DNA of 64,000 bases from Octopus vulgaris (GCA_951406725.2 OX597819.1:46438001-46502000), one strand, 5' to 3'. Positions 39,610-52,826 are shown, counted from the first letter of the stretch. Notes: generated from the sequence alone by a model not told the origin. Translations and numbers: made by a program.

Positions 39610-40150
39610 TACATATTTTTCCTCCATGGTTTGTATGAATTATTTGGAATCCACCTAATATTGAATATTGTTCGTCATCATGTGGATACTCCACGTGTTC
39701 TTCAACATCAACTATATGAAGAAATTGACAAATGCCAACTCTGTATTGAAGTCGATCGAGATGACCGACAAAATATTAATACATATGATCTTTCTCAAAA
39801 ACCGTCAAAAACACCCAACGTTGCCAGTTTGTTCGGCGATCCGATGGCCAATTCCTGCTTGACTGTCTATTAGCCTATCATCCTCCCAAACATCATCATT
39901 CTGAGTGTCGGTGTCTGCCAATGTTTCTTAACCAGAGCTTACACGATCCTTGTTATTTCTATAAGGTTTTGAGGATTCACACATGCAAAATAGTTGAATG
40001 GAAAGCCGCAGTAGTATGTCAAAAATCCATGGAAGCATTTTGTTATAGAAGTTTCTATTGCCAGAAAGAGTAAAGTCTCTTTCTCTGATGTTTTACATAG
40101 TTTAACATATTTCGAGCGACTGAAAACCCTTTTTTTTTTCGGGACGTACT
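39610..40150 (-). mobile_element. Possible old mariner relic
   Basis: Degenerate EDDR..TV.QELA-like helix-turn-helix stretch near 39840-39890; heavily decayed. Confidence 0.3.
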
Positions 40151-40184
40151 ATTGCAAACTTACACAAGTAAGCTTAGGAGTAGC

Positions 40185-40603
40185 TGTATGTTACGTAGCT
40201 TCCTTACGAACCACATGGTTCTGGGTTCAGTTTCACAGCGTGGCACCTTGGGCGAGTGTCTTCTACTATAGCCTAGAGCCGACCAAAGCCTTGTGAGCGG
40301 ATTGGGTAGGCGGAAACTGAAAGAAGCTCGTCGTATATATGTAGATACATACATATATATATATATATATGTATGTATGTGTGTGTATATGTTTGTGTGT
40401 CTATGTTTGTTCCCTCAACATCGCTTGACAACCGATGCTGGTGTGTTTACATGCCCATAACTTGGCAGATCGGCAAAGGAGACCGATAGAATAAGTACTG
40501 GGCTTACAAAGAATAAGTCCTGGGGATGATTTGCTCGATTAAAGGCGGTGCTCCAGTATGTCCACAGTCAAATGGCTGAAACAAATAAAAGAGTAAAAGA
40601 GTA
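40185..40603 (+). mobile_element. SINE family B, full length with internal (TA)/(TG) microsatellite
   Basis: Head with GGTTCAGT B-box-like motif, core CACCTTGGGCGAGTGTCTTCTACTATAGCC, tail ending AAAAGAGTAAAAGAGT. Confidence 0.85.
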
Positions 40604-41769
40604 AGTGATCGTGTGAGAAACAAAATAGGGGTTTTGAAGGAAGTACCTAAGAAATTAGTTTTTATAGGTTACCGAATGGTTATGGGGGGGGGGGTGTCCA
40701 CCAAAATAAAATAGTAATCAAACAGATTCATCGATAAAACATGGTTGAGAACACATTATTCACGTCCACGATCATCATGTTCATCGTGTTGATGATGATA
40801 ATGATGATGATGACAACGACGACGACGACGACTCTATGAGAACATAAATCGTTGATGTTCTGTCAGACCCGGTCACAGCTTCCACCGACGCCTCCCAATA
40901 TGACTACCATAACAGCAACAACTAAAAGCCTTGCCTCTTCTTGCAACCCCCTTATCACTACCACTACCACCACCACCACTACCACCACCACTACTACTAC
41001 CATCATTAACATGACCGTAAGTGGTGTCATGAGCGTCGACTAACTTAAGACTCGGACGGTGCAACGGAATATGTGAGCCTTCACCAAATCAAGTCCCAGG
41101 CAAGTGTAAATTGCGGTTGATAAATAACAAAAGACTATTCGTTGTATTATCGTTTGAATATCGCGTGTGCTGGATATCAACCATTCGGATTTATTACCAG
41201 ATTACTATTAAATTTACATAACTGATTATTATTCTCTTCTTTTTCTTTCTTTTATTTTTTTTTCTTCAGATTAGCAGTATGCGATTTCGTCGGTTCATTA
41301 GATAGTCACTTTGCTTTATTGGAAGAACGTTTTACATGAGATCCATTTGCCGCGTATGGCTTGCTCAGACTTTTCATTGGTTTAGTTTAGTTTGTCGACT
41401 AATTAGAACACCCTTTAATTAAAATAACTATTCCTACATCGGATTATTGAGACATCAGATAATATTCCATGTGTTAGATAATTGCTAGATTAAATTACTG
41501 CTTAATTGGATTATGGGTTAACATCCAAAATGTCACTTGCTCGGGAATATAAAGTAAAGTTTTTTGATTTATTATATATTAAGATTATTGGATTATCAGA
41601 TTTAGCAGTTGATCGGAAATATTACAGAGAATCAGAGCATCAATTAATTAGGATAACAGTTGATTAGATTTCCATTTAAAGGACAAACGTTGTTCATTAA
41701 AAAAAACCTATCACATGTTGAAAATTGTCTGAGAGGTTTGCTAATGGGTTGGTTTATATATACCGGATA

Positions 41770-41935
41770 AATATTTCGTTTGTATTTATGTTCTGAATTC
41801 AAATTCCGCCGAGGTCGACTTTGCCTTTCATCCTTTTGGGGCCGATAAATTAAGTACCAGTTGCGTACTGGGATCGATATAATCGACAGGCGCCCACCCC
41901 GCAAAATTTCGGCCCTTGTGCCTAGAGTAGAAAAG
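41770..41935 (+). mobile_element. SINE family C, 5'-truncated
   Basis: TTCAAATTCCGCCGAGGTCGACTTTGCCTTTCATCC; flanked by TATACC.GATAA.ATATTT-like duplication. Confidence 0.85.
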
Positions 41936-42288
41936 TAAATATACCAGATAATATTTATTGCATATATGGTAGAATTGTTAGCACACCGGTCAAAAGAATT
42001 AGTAGCATTTCATTCTGAGTTCAAATTCCGCGCAGATACACACATAGATTCATGCATTATCTGCGCTAAATATTGGCTTCAAATATTGGCACAAGGCACG
42101 GAATTTCGGTGAAGCGAGTAAATTGCTTACATCGAACCCGAAACTCGACTTTGGTCGAGGTCGATCTGACTTTTGGGTTCGATATAAATGATTTACCCGC
42201 TTCACCTTGTGCCAAAATTTGGCCTTTTTGCCATAACTTGAAACCAGTACTTAGTGCAGATTATGCAGGTATCTATGTGCGTATTTGT

Positions 42289-42343
<55 letters not shown>

Positions 42344-42486
42344 GGATGTGGATGTCTCATAATGACAGGATACGTTTTAATCGCAACTAAAATTGGAACA
42401 AATATATGTATTATGAAATGTGTCTGCTACATCACTATGGCCACCATCTACATAACTAAGAGACAACATGCGTGTAGGTATATATA

Positions 42487-42731
42487 CAGGGTTGGCCATA
42501 AGTCACCCGACAGTAAATCAAGAATCTTATATATATATACTTAATATTCAATTTTATTTATTCATTCCAATTATGAATAGTTAATAATTGAATGCTGTGA
42601 GTTAAAATCACCGTTTTTTTTTTTCAACATTTGTCTATTTATTAGCAAAGTTTCATATAAAATAATTTTTTGTTTTAGTCTTGGAATTGTATGGCTTCGA
42701 TTTACTGTCAGGTGAATTCTGGCCTACCCTA
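42487..42731. mobile_element. Tc1/mariner-type MITE
   Basis: ~35-bp TIRs CAGGGTTGGCCATAAGTCACCCGACAGTAAATC / GATTTACTGTCAGGTGAATTCTGGCCTACCCTA; TA on the left. Confidence 0.8.
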
Positions 42732-42745
42732 CATGTGTGTATAAA

Positions 42746-42807
<62 letters not shown>

Positions 42808-42841
42808 GTATGTATGTATGTATGTATATACATATATATGT

Positions 42842-42890
<49 letters not shown>

Positions 42891-43079
42891 TATATATATA
42901 TACACACATAGATTATCGATTAATTGTTGAATGATTAGTGACAGAGTGACACACTGGAGCCCTGTCATTTATTTTTCGATTAGAAGTCTGCATTTGACTT
43001 TCAGTGGTTATAAATTTACGAGGGAAATGGCATCTTCTGGCTACCACTTGCACTTCATTCTTTTTAACCATCACGTGCG

Positions 43080-43362
43080 CTATCATCATCATCATCACCA
43101 CCACTACCACCACCACAATCATCATCACCATCATCATCATCATCATCGTAATTATCATCATAATTGTCATTATCATCATCACTATCATCATCAATATCAT
43201 CATCATTACCATCACAATTATCATTATCAACATCATCATAATTGTCATTATCATCATCATCAACATCATCATAATCATCGTCACCGTCACCGTGGCCCGT
43301 CGTCGTCAAGGTCCCCATCATCTACATTATCCCCATCGTCATCCTCGTCGTCATCATCCTCA
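43080..43362. repeat. Degenerate (CAT)n microsatellite
   Basis: Read directly. Confidence 0.9.
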
Positions 43363-43546
43363 TGCAAGTAAGCATGCATGTACGTATGGATGGGTTGGAT
43401 GGATGAAAGGATTTACCCTCCTTCTTTCCCTCTTTCCTGAGCGTCCAATAATACTATATTTCTTCCACGTCCTCGCGTTGTTGTGTTTTATTGTGCTTTC
43501 TTGTTTGGATTAACTTTATATATATATATATATATATATATACATA

Positions 43547-44608
43547 CAAGTATCGGTTGAACAATTCATAGGCTGACCATGGAATGTGGTCAAATGAGGT
43601 TTATTTTCCCTTGCGTTTCACACACTGCTAGCGCATTGTCCTGATGAAACAACACTCATTTCGTCAGATTGACTGGGCGTTCGGTCTTGATAACATTTCG
43701 TAACTTCTTCAAGATGTTGGTATAGTATTCAATATTGATGGTGTGGCTCTTTTGAAGATAGTGAATAAACACAATGTCTTCTTTGGAGCTGGTTAGAAGG
43801 AGTGTTTCCACTGTATAGTTTGTCGCTTTGTCTCTGACTCAAAAGGATGAAGCCAACACTCATTGTGGGTTAAGAAACGTGCAATGAAACCATCTGGATC
43901 TGCTTCAAACTCTGTTGGATTTCCCCTTGATGTGACCAGCTTGGTGCGCTTTTGATCAGGTATCTGAAAACGTAGCACCCTCCGAACATGATCCTTCGTC
44001 ATACCAAGTTCATCGTGCAGAATATTCTCAACTCTCTCACGTAATAATCTAATAACATTGGCTGATCCATTTATAGTCAATCGCTATATGAAAATCTAAT
44101 CAACTGTTATCCTAATTAATTGATGCTCTGATTCTCTGTAATATTTCCGATCAACTGCTAAATCTGATAATCCAATAATCTTAATACCATATCATCCATC
44201 ACCATGTGGTGAACACGATCAATGTATTCCTTGGTGGTCAGACCTTGTGTTATCTTCAAGACTCTCCTTTCTAAATTCTCCCCTCCTAAATTCAGCTGAC
44301 TATATTTGCACTGTTGATAAGCTAGAGCATCATCCCTTAATTTAGCAACAATGTCAGCACGAATACCCTTGGAGGCTAAGCCCTTTTTATGCAAGTACTT
44401 GATAACATCACGATGCCAAATTTTTGTCCAGTTTCAAGAGAAATCCTTGTTAGTTACATTTGAAGTCTTCTTTGAATAGTCAGATGTTAGTTTACCTGGA
44501 AATAAACAAGGCAGTTATTAAGAAGAATTGAAATTAACGCATGCAAGATTTCACAGCTCTAGCATCACTCCTTCGTAGTCAGCCTATGGATGTTTCAGCG
44601 CTCACTTG
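43547..44608 (-). mobile_element. Internally deleted mariner element with both TIRs
   Basis: TIRs CAAGTATCGGTTGAACAATTCATAGGCTGAC / GTCAGCCTATGGATGTTTCAGCGCTCACTTG, TA on both sides; IKYLHKKG, ILHDELGMTK, FLTHNECWLHPFESETKRQTIQWKH. Confidence 0.9.
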
Positions 44609-45460
44609 TATGTGTGGTGGCGCTGGTGGTGGTAGAAAAGATTTTCTCATTTGTTTACTTGGCTAATGAACATTGTTGCTAATGTAGTTGCTGTTGTCTA
44701 ACACCAACTGACATGAGATCAAAGGGGTTTCCAACTGTGACAATACTGTCCTGCCTGGTACCACATTATCAAATTTGCTCATAGAATGTGATATGAAGTA
44801 GAGACGGTAGCATGTAACATGAAGTAGTTTACCTGCTATTTCTAGCCATCAACCGACCACATAATTTTCCTCCATGTAGTTATTACTAATATTATTGTTG
44901 CTACCACTGCTACTGCTGGTAGTGCTACTCCTACAACTGCTACTACTGCTGCTACTGCTGCTACTGCTGCTGTTCCGCTGCTATCATTGCTCCTGCTGCA
45001 TCGCTGCTTCTGGTGTCGTAGTTAATGCTTATCTGAACCATTGCTGTTACTCTTACTCTTACTACTGCTCTCAACGCTGCTGGTTCAGCAGTTGCTGCTG
45101 CTACTGCTGCAGCTGCTGCTGTTGGTGCTGCTACTGCTTATACTGTCGCTGCTGCTGATTCAACTGCTGCTGCTACTGCTACTGTCACCGCTGCTGCTCT
45201 TGCTCTTTGGAATAGTGTGAACGTTATTCGTCATGTTATCTAATTCCTTCTGAGCTGTCATAGAGCAGGCATGCCATCGAAAATGTTTCAACCGTGACCA
45301 TTCTATCGATATTTCAGATTCCAGTATCCAATAACTCTTTAATGAAAAACAGTAGGGATGCGATTTAAAGGTGACTTCGCTGCTATTTCTAACATCTCCA
45401 ACAGTTTTATTCAGGCTCGCTCGCTCGCCTCATAGTGTTATTGTTGTTCCTAATATTTAA

Positions 45461-47400
45461 CACTTGCAAGGCGGTGAGCTGGCAGAAGCGTTAGCACGCC
45501 GGGCGAAATGCTTAGCGGTATTTCGTCTGCCGTTACGTTGTGAGTTCAAATTCACTTGCAAGGCGGTGAGCTGGCAGAAGCGTTAGCACGCCGGGCGAAA
45601 TGCTTAGCGGTATTTCGTCTGCCGTTACGTTGTGAGTTCAAATTCCGCAGAGGTCGACTTTGCCTTTCATCCTTTCGGGGTCGATAAATTAAGTACCAGA
45701 TGAATACTGGGGTCGATGTAATCGACTAAATCCGTTTGTCTGTCCTTGTTTGTACTCTCTGTGTTGAGCCCCTTGTGGGTAGTAAAGAAATAGAAGTAGG
45801 TATTTTGTCTGCCGCTACGTTCAGAGTTCAAATTCCGCCGAGGTCGACTTTACCTTTCATCCTTTCGGGGTCGATAGAATAAGTACCAGTTACGCACTGG
45901 GGTAGATTTAATCGACTTAATCCGTTTGTCTGTCCTTGTTTGTCCCATCTATGTTTAGCCCCTTGTGGGCAATAAAAAATAAGAAACGTTAACACGCCGG
46001 GCGAAATGCTTAGCGGTATTTCGTCTGCGTTACGTTGTGAGTTCAAATTCCGCCGAGGTCGACTTTGCCTTTCATCCTTTCGGGGTCGATAAATTAGGTA
46101 CCAGTTACGCACTGGGGTCGATGTAATCGACTTAATACCTATGTCTGTCCTTGTTTGTCCCCTCTGTGTTTAGCCCCTTGTGGGTGGGAATAAAGAAATA
46201 GGTATTTCGTCTGCCGTTACGTTCTGAGTTCAAATTCCGCCGAGGTCGACTTTGCCTTTCATCCTTTCGGGGTCGATTAAATAAGTACCAGTTACGCACT
46301 GGGATCGATATAATCGACTTAATCCATTTGTCTATCCTTGTTTGTCCTTTCTGTGTTTAGCCGCTTGTGAGTAGTAAAGAAGTAGGTATTTCGTCTGTCT
46401 TTGTGTTCTGAGTTCAAATTCCGCCAAGGTCGACTTTGCCTTTTATCCTTTCGAGGTCGTACTAGGGTCTACATAATCGACTGGTCCCCTCCCTCAAAAT
46501 TTCGGGCATTGTGCCTAGAGTAGAAAAGAATATTTAACCCTTTGTTTAGGGCGGCGAGATTGTAGAATCGTTACTCTGCGTGGCAAAATGTTTAGCGGCA
46601 TTTCGCCCGTCTCTACGTTCTGAGTTCAAATTCCGCCGGAGTCGACTTTGCTTTTCATACTTTGGGGGTTAATAAAATAAGTACCGGTTGAACACTGGGG
46701 TTGATGTAATTGGAAACCAGTATTAACCTCTGAAAGGCAGTGAGATGGCAGAAATAGCGTACCGGAGAAAATTCTTAGCAACATTTCGTCCGACTTTAAA
46801 TTCTAAGTTCAAATTCTGCCGATCAAATTCTGCCTTTCGTCCTTTGGAGTTCGATAAAATAAGTACCAGATGAAAACTGGGATCAATGTAAACAACTCAC
46901 CACTACTCCGAATTTGCTGGCTTTGTGCCAAAATTCGAAACCAATCTTAAACGCCTGGTTAAGACGGTGAGCTGGCAGAATCGTTGGTACACCGGAAAAA
47001 ATTCTTAGCGGCATTTCGTCCGTCTTTACGTTCTGAGTTCAAATTCCACCGGGGTCGACTTTACTTTTCATATTTTAGGGGTCGATAAAATAAGTACCAG
47101 TTGAACACTGGGGTTGACGTAATTGACTAGTCAGCTCCCCTCCCCCGATATTACTGGCCTTGTGCTAGAATTTGAAACCAGTATAAACACCTGAAAAGCA
47201 GCGAGGTGGCAGAAACGTTAGCGTGCTCAGAGGAAAATGCTTAGCACTGTTTCATCCTACTTTACGTTCTGAGTTCAAATTCCGCCCAAATCTACTTTGC
47301 TATTCATCCTTTCGACATCGATAAAATATGTACCATTTGAGCACTGGTATCGATGTAATCGACTTACTCTGCCTACCCCAAAATTGAAATTAATATTTAA
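45461..47400 (+). mobile_element. Head-to-tail array of 10 SINE family C units
   Basis: Ten GTTCAAATT B-box motifs at ~45544, 45636, 45826, 46042, 46228, 46412, 46624, 46807, 47037, 47273, all in the same orientation. Confidence 0.9.
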
Positions 47401-47419
47401 CACCTTGTGAAACCTTTTT

Positions 47420-47940
47420 GGCGTTCCGTCCGTGATGAAGATAACATGGACGCCGCTCGGGCTCGAAAGATTCCTCGAGGAACGTGAGGACGGTGTGGCT
47501 GGAAAGTGGAGCATTTTCCAATCGAAGTTGGATGCAGAGTATTTGTTGGACACAGTGTGAGACGACTGTTGTTATCGTTAAGCCTAACTCATCATAAAGT
47601 CAATACCACCTTGAGCGATATCCAAACTACAGTGGAGAAGGCTAGCCCCTGGATTTGGTTAAAAAGAGACGATGAGCAATGGCTAGAGAAATAGTGAGCT
47701 TTATTTAATAACCAGTTGTTCTAGCAAGCGGGGCCTCATATCAGTGAGGAGGGCCGGTGCGCATTGATGCCGTCGAAAGGTAGGCCCCGAAACGGCGAGC
47801 ATTCTCTCCTGATGACCTCATACACTTGCTGGCTTCCGGTATGCGGAGTTCTTGGCTGGTAGCACTTGAATGTGCAAGTTGTTTCTAAGACAGCGATATC
47901 TAGGTCTACGTTCGTCAAATGTAAACTTCAATTTCTAAAA
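47420..47940 (+). mobile_element. HERO-like non-LTR retrotransposon 3' fragment
   Basis: EDNMDAARARK...GWKVEHFPIEVGCRVFVGHS...VEKASPWIWLKRDD* matches the HERO RLE C-terminus pattern P.EVGCRGF...AS.W.W.KR; structured 3' UTR follows. Confidence 0.8.
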
Positions 47941-47964
47941 CCGTAGTGCTTGATTGTGAAGCCG

Positions 47965-48260
47965 CATGGTTAGAGCGTCGGGCTCACAATCATGAGATAG
48001 TGAGTTCGATTCTCTGACCGGCTTGTGTGTTGCGTTCTTGAGCAAGACGCTTTATGTCGCGTTGCTCCAGTTCACTCAGCCGTAGAAATGAGTTGCGGTG
48101 TCACTGGTCTCAAACTGTACCAGACTTTGCCTTTCCCTTGGATAACATCGGTAGCGTGGAGAAAGGAGGCTGGTATGCATGGACGACTACTGGTCTTCCA
48201 TAAACAACCTTACCCGGACTTGTACCTGGGATGGGAACTTCCTATGGTCATTCATGATGA
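47965..48260 (+). mobile_element. SINE family A, diverged
   Basis: Colinear with 29717-30051. Confidence 0.85.
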
Positions 48261-50002
48261 TGATGGTCTGTACCCCAGTGTTCGATTTGAGGGAGGCTTT
48301 TCTGCCATTTCTAACATTTCAAATGACCGCCCACAGGCACTCACATCTCGTGGTATTATCATTATTGTTTTTATTTAACCCTTGGTCAAACCTGAGCGAG
48401 TATACCTATAAACAAAATCTTATCATTCGAATCATTTCGTCTCTTTGTATACTTAGGGCTACGTTCTTCAATGTATGTTTTAATTTATGAATCAGATGCG
48501 TGTAATTTGAGGGAGATCTGATTACTATTTCTGATAGGTCAAATAACAATGAAGATGTTCTTTCAACGCTTCGTGTTCTTGTTGTTGTGGTCGATGCTAG
48601 TGGTGGCAGCGGCGGCGGTGGTGGTTATGGGTGTGGTGGTAGTGTGGGGTTTGACAGCAACGGCTGGTGCTTCGGATGCAGTATTGATGTTTACTGCAGA
48701 TGATGGCAGAGTCGGTGCTGGCGGCGATGATGTCGTTTTTTAACCCAAGATCAGGCCTGATCCAGGTGGCACGTGCACAAAGACATCACAGCAGGGACTA
48801 CATTCCATTGTGTCCTTCTATTTTCAAGTTACTCAGGAGCACTTTGGGTGAGATTTAACTGGCATTTCTTGCAAGTCAATTGCTTAGAGATTATCTCGAG
48901 GGTTTGTCGTATCTGTTTGGTTTTAAAATTACAGGGAACATGGCTGCTAAAAAGTCTCACTGCAGCCATTGCTGCTACTGCTGCTGAGGGTGTTGATACT
49001 ATTACTGCTGCTGCTGCTGTTTCTGCCGTTGCTGCTGCGACTGTCACTTATAGTGCTGCCGTTGCTACTGTTATATAATTCGGGTAGAAAGTGATGTAGA
49101 GAATGACATCACAAAATATGCTCAATGAATGGATATTTACCTCTTAGTTGTAGAAATGAAGGCCTGAGCCAAGCGGTCATCGTTAGTGAATCTCAAGAAC
49201 TTAACGGTTAATTTCACGGACAAAAGTTCATTTCTATCATACGTTTACGGATGGCAGTACTGGTTGTGTGTCGGTAGTGGATTTGGTGGTAGTGGTGGAA
49301 GTAGAGATGGCGGTGGTGACGGAAGAGATGGCGATGGCAGTGGCGATGGTGACGGTGTCGGTGATGGTGGTGGTGGTTGTGGTGGTGGTGGTGGTGGTGC
49401 TGGTGGAGAAGATCGTGGAGATGTGGAGAAAGTGGTGATGGTGTTGGGTGGTAGTTGTAGATTTAGCAATGGTGATGGTGCTTGCAGTAGGGATGGTTGT
49501 GGTGGGGGATATTGTGGTTGTGGTAGAGGTGGTGGTAGAGGAGGTGGTGGTGGTGGTTGTGGCTTTAGTGGTGGTAGTATTGATTGTGTTTGTAATGTTG
49601 GTGGTGGTTATGCATATACTGATGGTGGTAGTAGTGGAGGTAGAGTAGGCAGCTGTGGTGATAGTAGTAGTGGTTGCGGTGATGGTAAAATCTTTGATCT
49701 TTGTTAACTGTTATATAGTTTTAAACGTTGTTTTAAAGTTTATTCGCGTTGCTGCCGCTATTACGCTTACTGTTACTGGTTTTAACGACGCTGATTCAAC
49801 AGACCGATAATTATAGCCACTCCAGCCGTGACTATCCCATTATTTTATTCTTCAGATGTATTTTATATTTAAGTACATTGTTCAATGTACCTTCCATTCA
49901 TCAAACATACAACAATTTAAAAGGAACGGTAAACAGCCCAATCACACCGGTATGGAAATCTCGCTGGACAGGCGTTCACCTTAGCAGCTATTTGGGACCC
50001 TA

Positions 50003-50615
50003 AGACCTATAATATTTATTTATTGATAGCAAGCAATAGCATACAGAATGTAGACTGGGCCCCTAGACCCGTGAAGATTCTAGACAAATCAATACATTGA
50101 GCCCTATGGTATTTAGTTAGTAACTACAAGTTACAGCTTTCATAGCTAAGAACTAGGTCTCCAGTCACGTGCGGTAGCCCTGCACATCAATTCACTGAAC
50201 CCTAAAGTAACTATTTATTGACAGCAACCCAAAGCATGTATAGTAAGAACTGGGCTCTTACTATACATACAGATCAGTACACTGGACCTTATTATATTTA
50301 TTTACGGACAGCAAACTGAAGCATGCATAGAGAAGAATTTAGGCCCTTACATCAGTGAGGACACCGGGTAAATCAATGCATTGGGGTTTATACTATCTAT
50401 TGAAATCAAGATAAGAACAGCGCCCTAGACCTGCGATAACTCAGATCAGTATTCTGGGCCCTATAATACTTATTTACTGAGAACAATTCAAAGCATGTAT
50501 TGAGTAGAATTGAGCCCCTACAGGGAAGAAGACAGAGGGTAAACCAATGGATTGGGTCATGTACTATTTATGGACAACGAGTCACAGCAGACATAGATCA
50601 GAATCGGGTCACACC
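50003..50615 (+). repeat. Highly diverged tandem repeat, ~75-100-bp unit, about 7 copies
   Basis: Recurring CCTATAATATTTATTTA.TGACAGCAA...AGCATG.ATAG..AGAACTGGGCCCCTA...ATCAAT.CA.TG. Confidence 0.65.
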
Positions 50616-50939
50616 ATTCGTGAGCTCCCTTGGACTACTACCCTGTCTGCTAGCAGCTTAAGACATCATTGGGCCTACGTTGACCATGGGGCTGTCACAT
50701 CTTCCAAAGCCTACTCAACTAAAAGCAAAATTCAGAAAATAGATTTGACTGCTGATTCTAAGAAGTCGAAGGACCAAGTAAGAAAAACCTTCTTACCAAT
50801 CTGGTAATTCTTGCAGTTGTTGGTGCCATTGCAGTTTTGGTCACTGGTGTGTCTTTTAGTCGTTGTTCTTTGTTTGTCGTTGCTGTTATTAATTAAAATG
50901 GTTTTAAATTGATACTGTTCTCAAGGCTTGATTGTTATT

Positions 50940-51149
50940 GCTATCGATATTGCTGTTGCTGCTGTTGTTGTAGTTTTTAATGCTGTCACAGTTGTTGCTC
51001 TTGCGGCCGTACCAATTGTTGATGTTGTTGTTGTTGTTGTTGTTGTTGTTGCTGCTGCTGTTGTTTTTATTGCTGCTGCAGTTCTGTCTTTACTGCTGTT
51101 GCTGCCGCCGCCGCTGCGTTTTTTTTTGTGGTTGTAGTTGTTGTTTTCA

Positions 51150-51181
<32 letters not shown>

Positions 51182-51418
51182 CCTGCTGTTACTGTTGTTA
51201 CTGCTGCTTTAACATGGTTGTTGTTATTGTTATTGTTGTTGTTGTTGTTGTTCATAGGAGGAATGATGATGGTGATAGCAACGGCGATGATGAGGACAAC
51301 AACGACCACGATGGCAACGATGATCAATTTCATGATGACGACAACCACAATGCCAATGACTATAATGATGATGATGATGAGGAGGAGGAGGAGGAGGGGG
51401 ATGGCAATGATCATGGTG

Positions 51419-51449
<31 letters not shown>

Positions 51450-51723
51450 AGATGAATGATGATGGTAATAGTGGTGCTGGTGACGCTGGTGCTGGTGGTT
51501 TTGGTGATGGTAATAACGATGATTACGGCGTGCAATATGATTACGACGATTGTGGGGGGGAGTGCTGGTAGTGTAATGGTGGTGATGGTGATGGTGGTAG
51601 TGGTGGGGTGTTAACAGTGGTGGCAGTGGTGATGATGCTGATGACGATGAGGTTGATGATGATGATCACGATAATGATGACGCTAATGATGATGATGATG
51701 ACGATGATGACGACGATGATGAC

Positions 51724-51760
<37 letters not shown>

Positions 51761-52755
51761 GTGATGACGATGATGATGGTGATGCTGATGCTGATGCTGA
51801 TGCTGATGCTGATGGTGACTACGATGACGACGATGCTGACGTCCATGATAACGTTATAAGAAGGAAGAGAATTTTTATGATGGTAACCACTGCTGCTGTT
51901 GCAGATGCTGCAGTTATTGATTCTATAATCTTTGCTGACGATGTTTATTGATTTTTGTTTATTGTTTATGCCCATTGTGTGTGTGGTGGTGGTGGCGGCC
52001 GCGGCGACGGTGGCGGCGGGGTGGATGGGGGGGGGTGAAAGCGGGGGGTGGAGGCGGCGGTATGGGAGGGGGGGCTTTTTTAATATATTTTCGTGGTGAT
52101 TCTGGTAGTGCTAGGAATGGGAGTGGAAGTGGGAGTGTAGGGGGGGCGTGCGGAGGTGGAATGTGTGGCTGTGGAATTTGTTATGTTCATTGCTCTCATA
52201 TTGCTCTATATCACTTGCTCCTCACTTCTCTTTCTCTCTCTCTCTCTTTCTCTCTCTCACACACTCTCTCTCCCTCTCTCTCGCTCTCTCATTCTCTCTC
52301 CCCATTTATATATATATATATATTTGGGCGTAAATATATATATTTATATATATATATATACACATAGACTTATCATTTATATAGACTTATCATTTATATA
52401 TATAATACATAAACGTACATATATATCAATATTTATACACATATATGTATAAGTATATACATATAAGAATACACACACATATATATACATATGTATATAT
52501 ATATGTGTGTATATATATATACATATATATATATACATGCATACATATGTATATACATATATGTATATATATATATATATGTGTGTGTATATACATATAT
52601 ATATATATATAAATATATATATGTTTATACACACACAATATATAATATATATACATATATGTATATACATATGTATGCATGTATATACATATATATGTAT
52701 ATACATATATGTATATATATATATGTGTGTGTGTATATATTTATACATATATGTG

Positions 52756-52787
<32 letters not shown>

Positions 52788-52826
52788 CAAATATATATAT
52801 ACATATATGTATATATATACATATAC

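Noticed and set aside
45461-47400. CRISPR-like repeat/spacer appearance of the SINE array
   Set aside because: Units are ~190-bp tRNA-derived SINEs also dispersed elsewhere in the window; no cas genes; eukaryotic context.
49186-49707. Gly/Cys-rich ORF as a structural protein
   Set aside because: Derived from degenerate (GGT)n; no signal peptide or splice context; similar tracts recur non-coding nearby.
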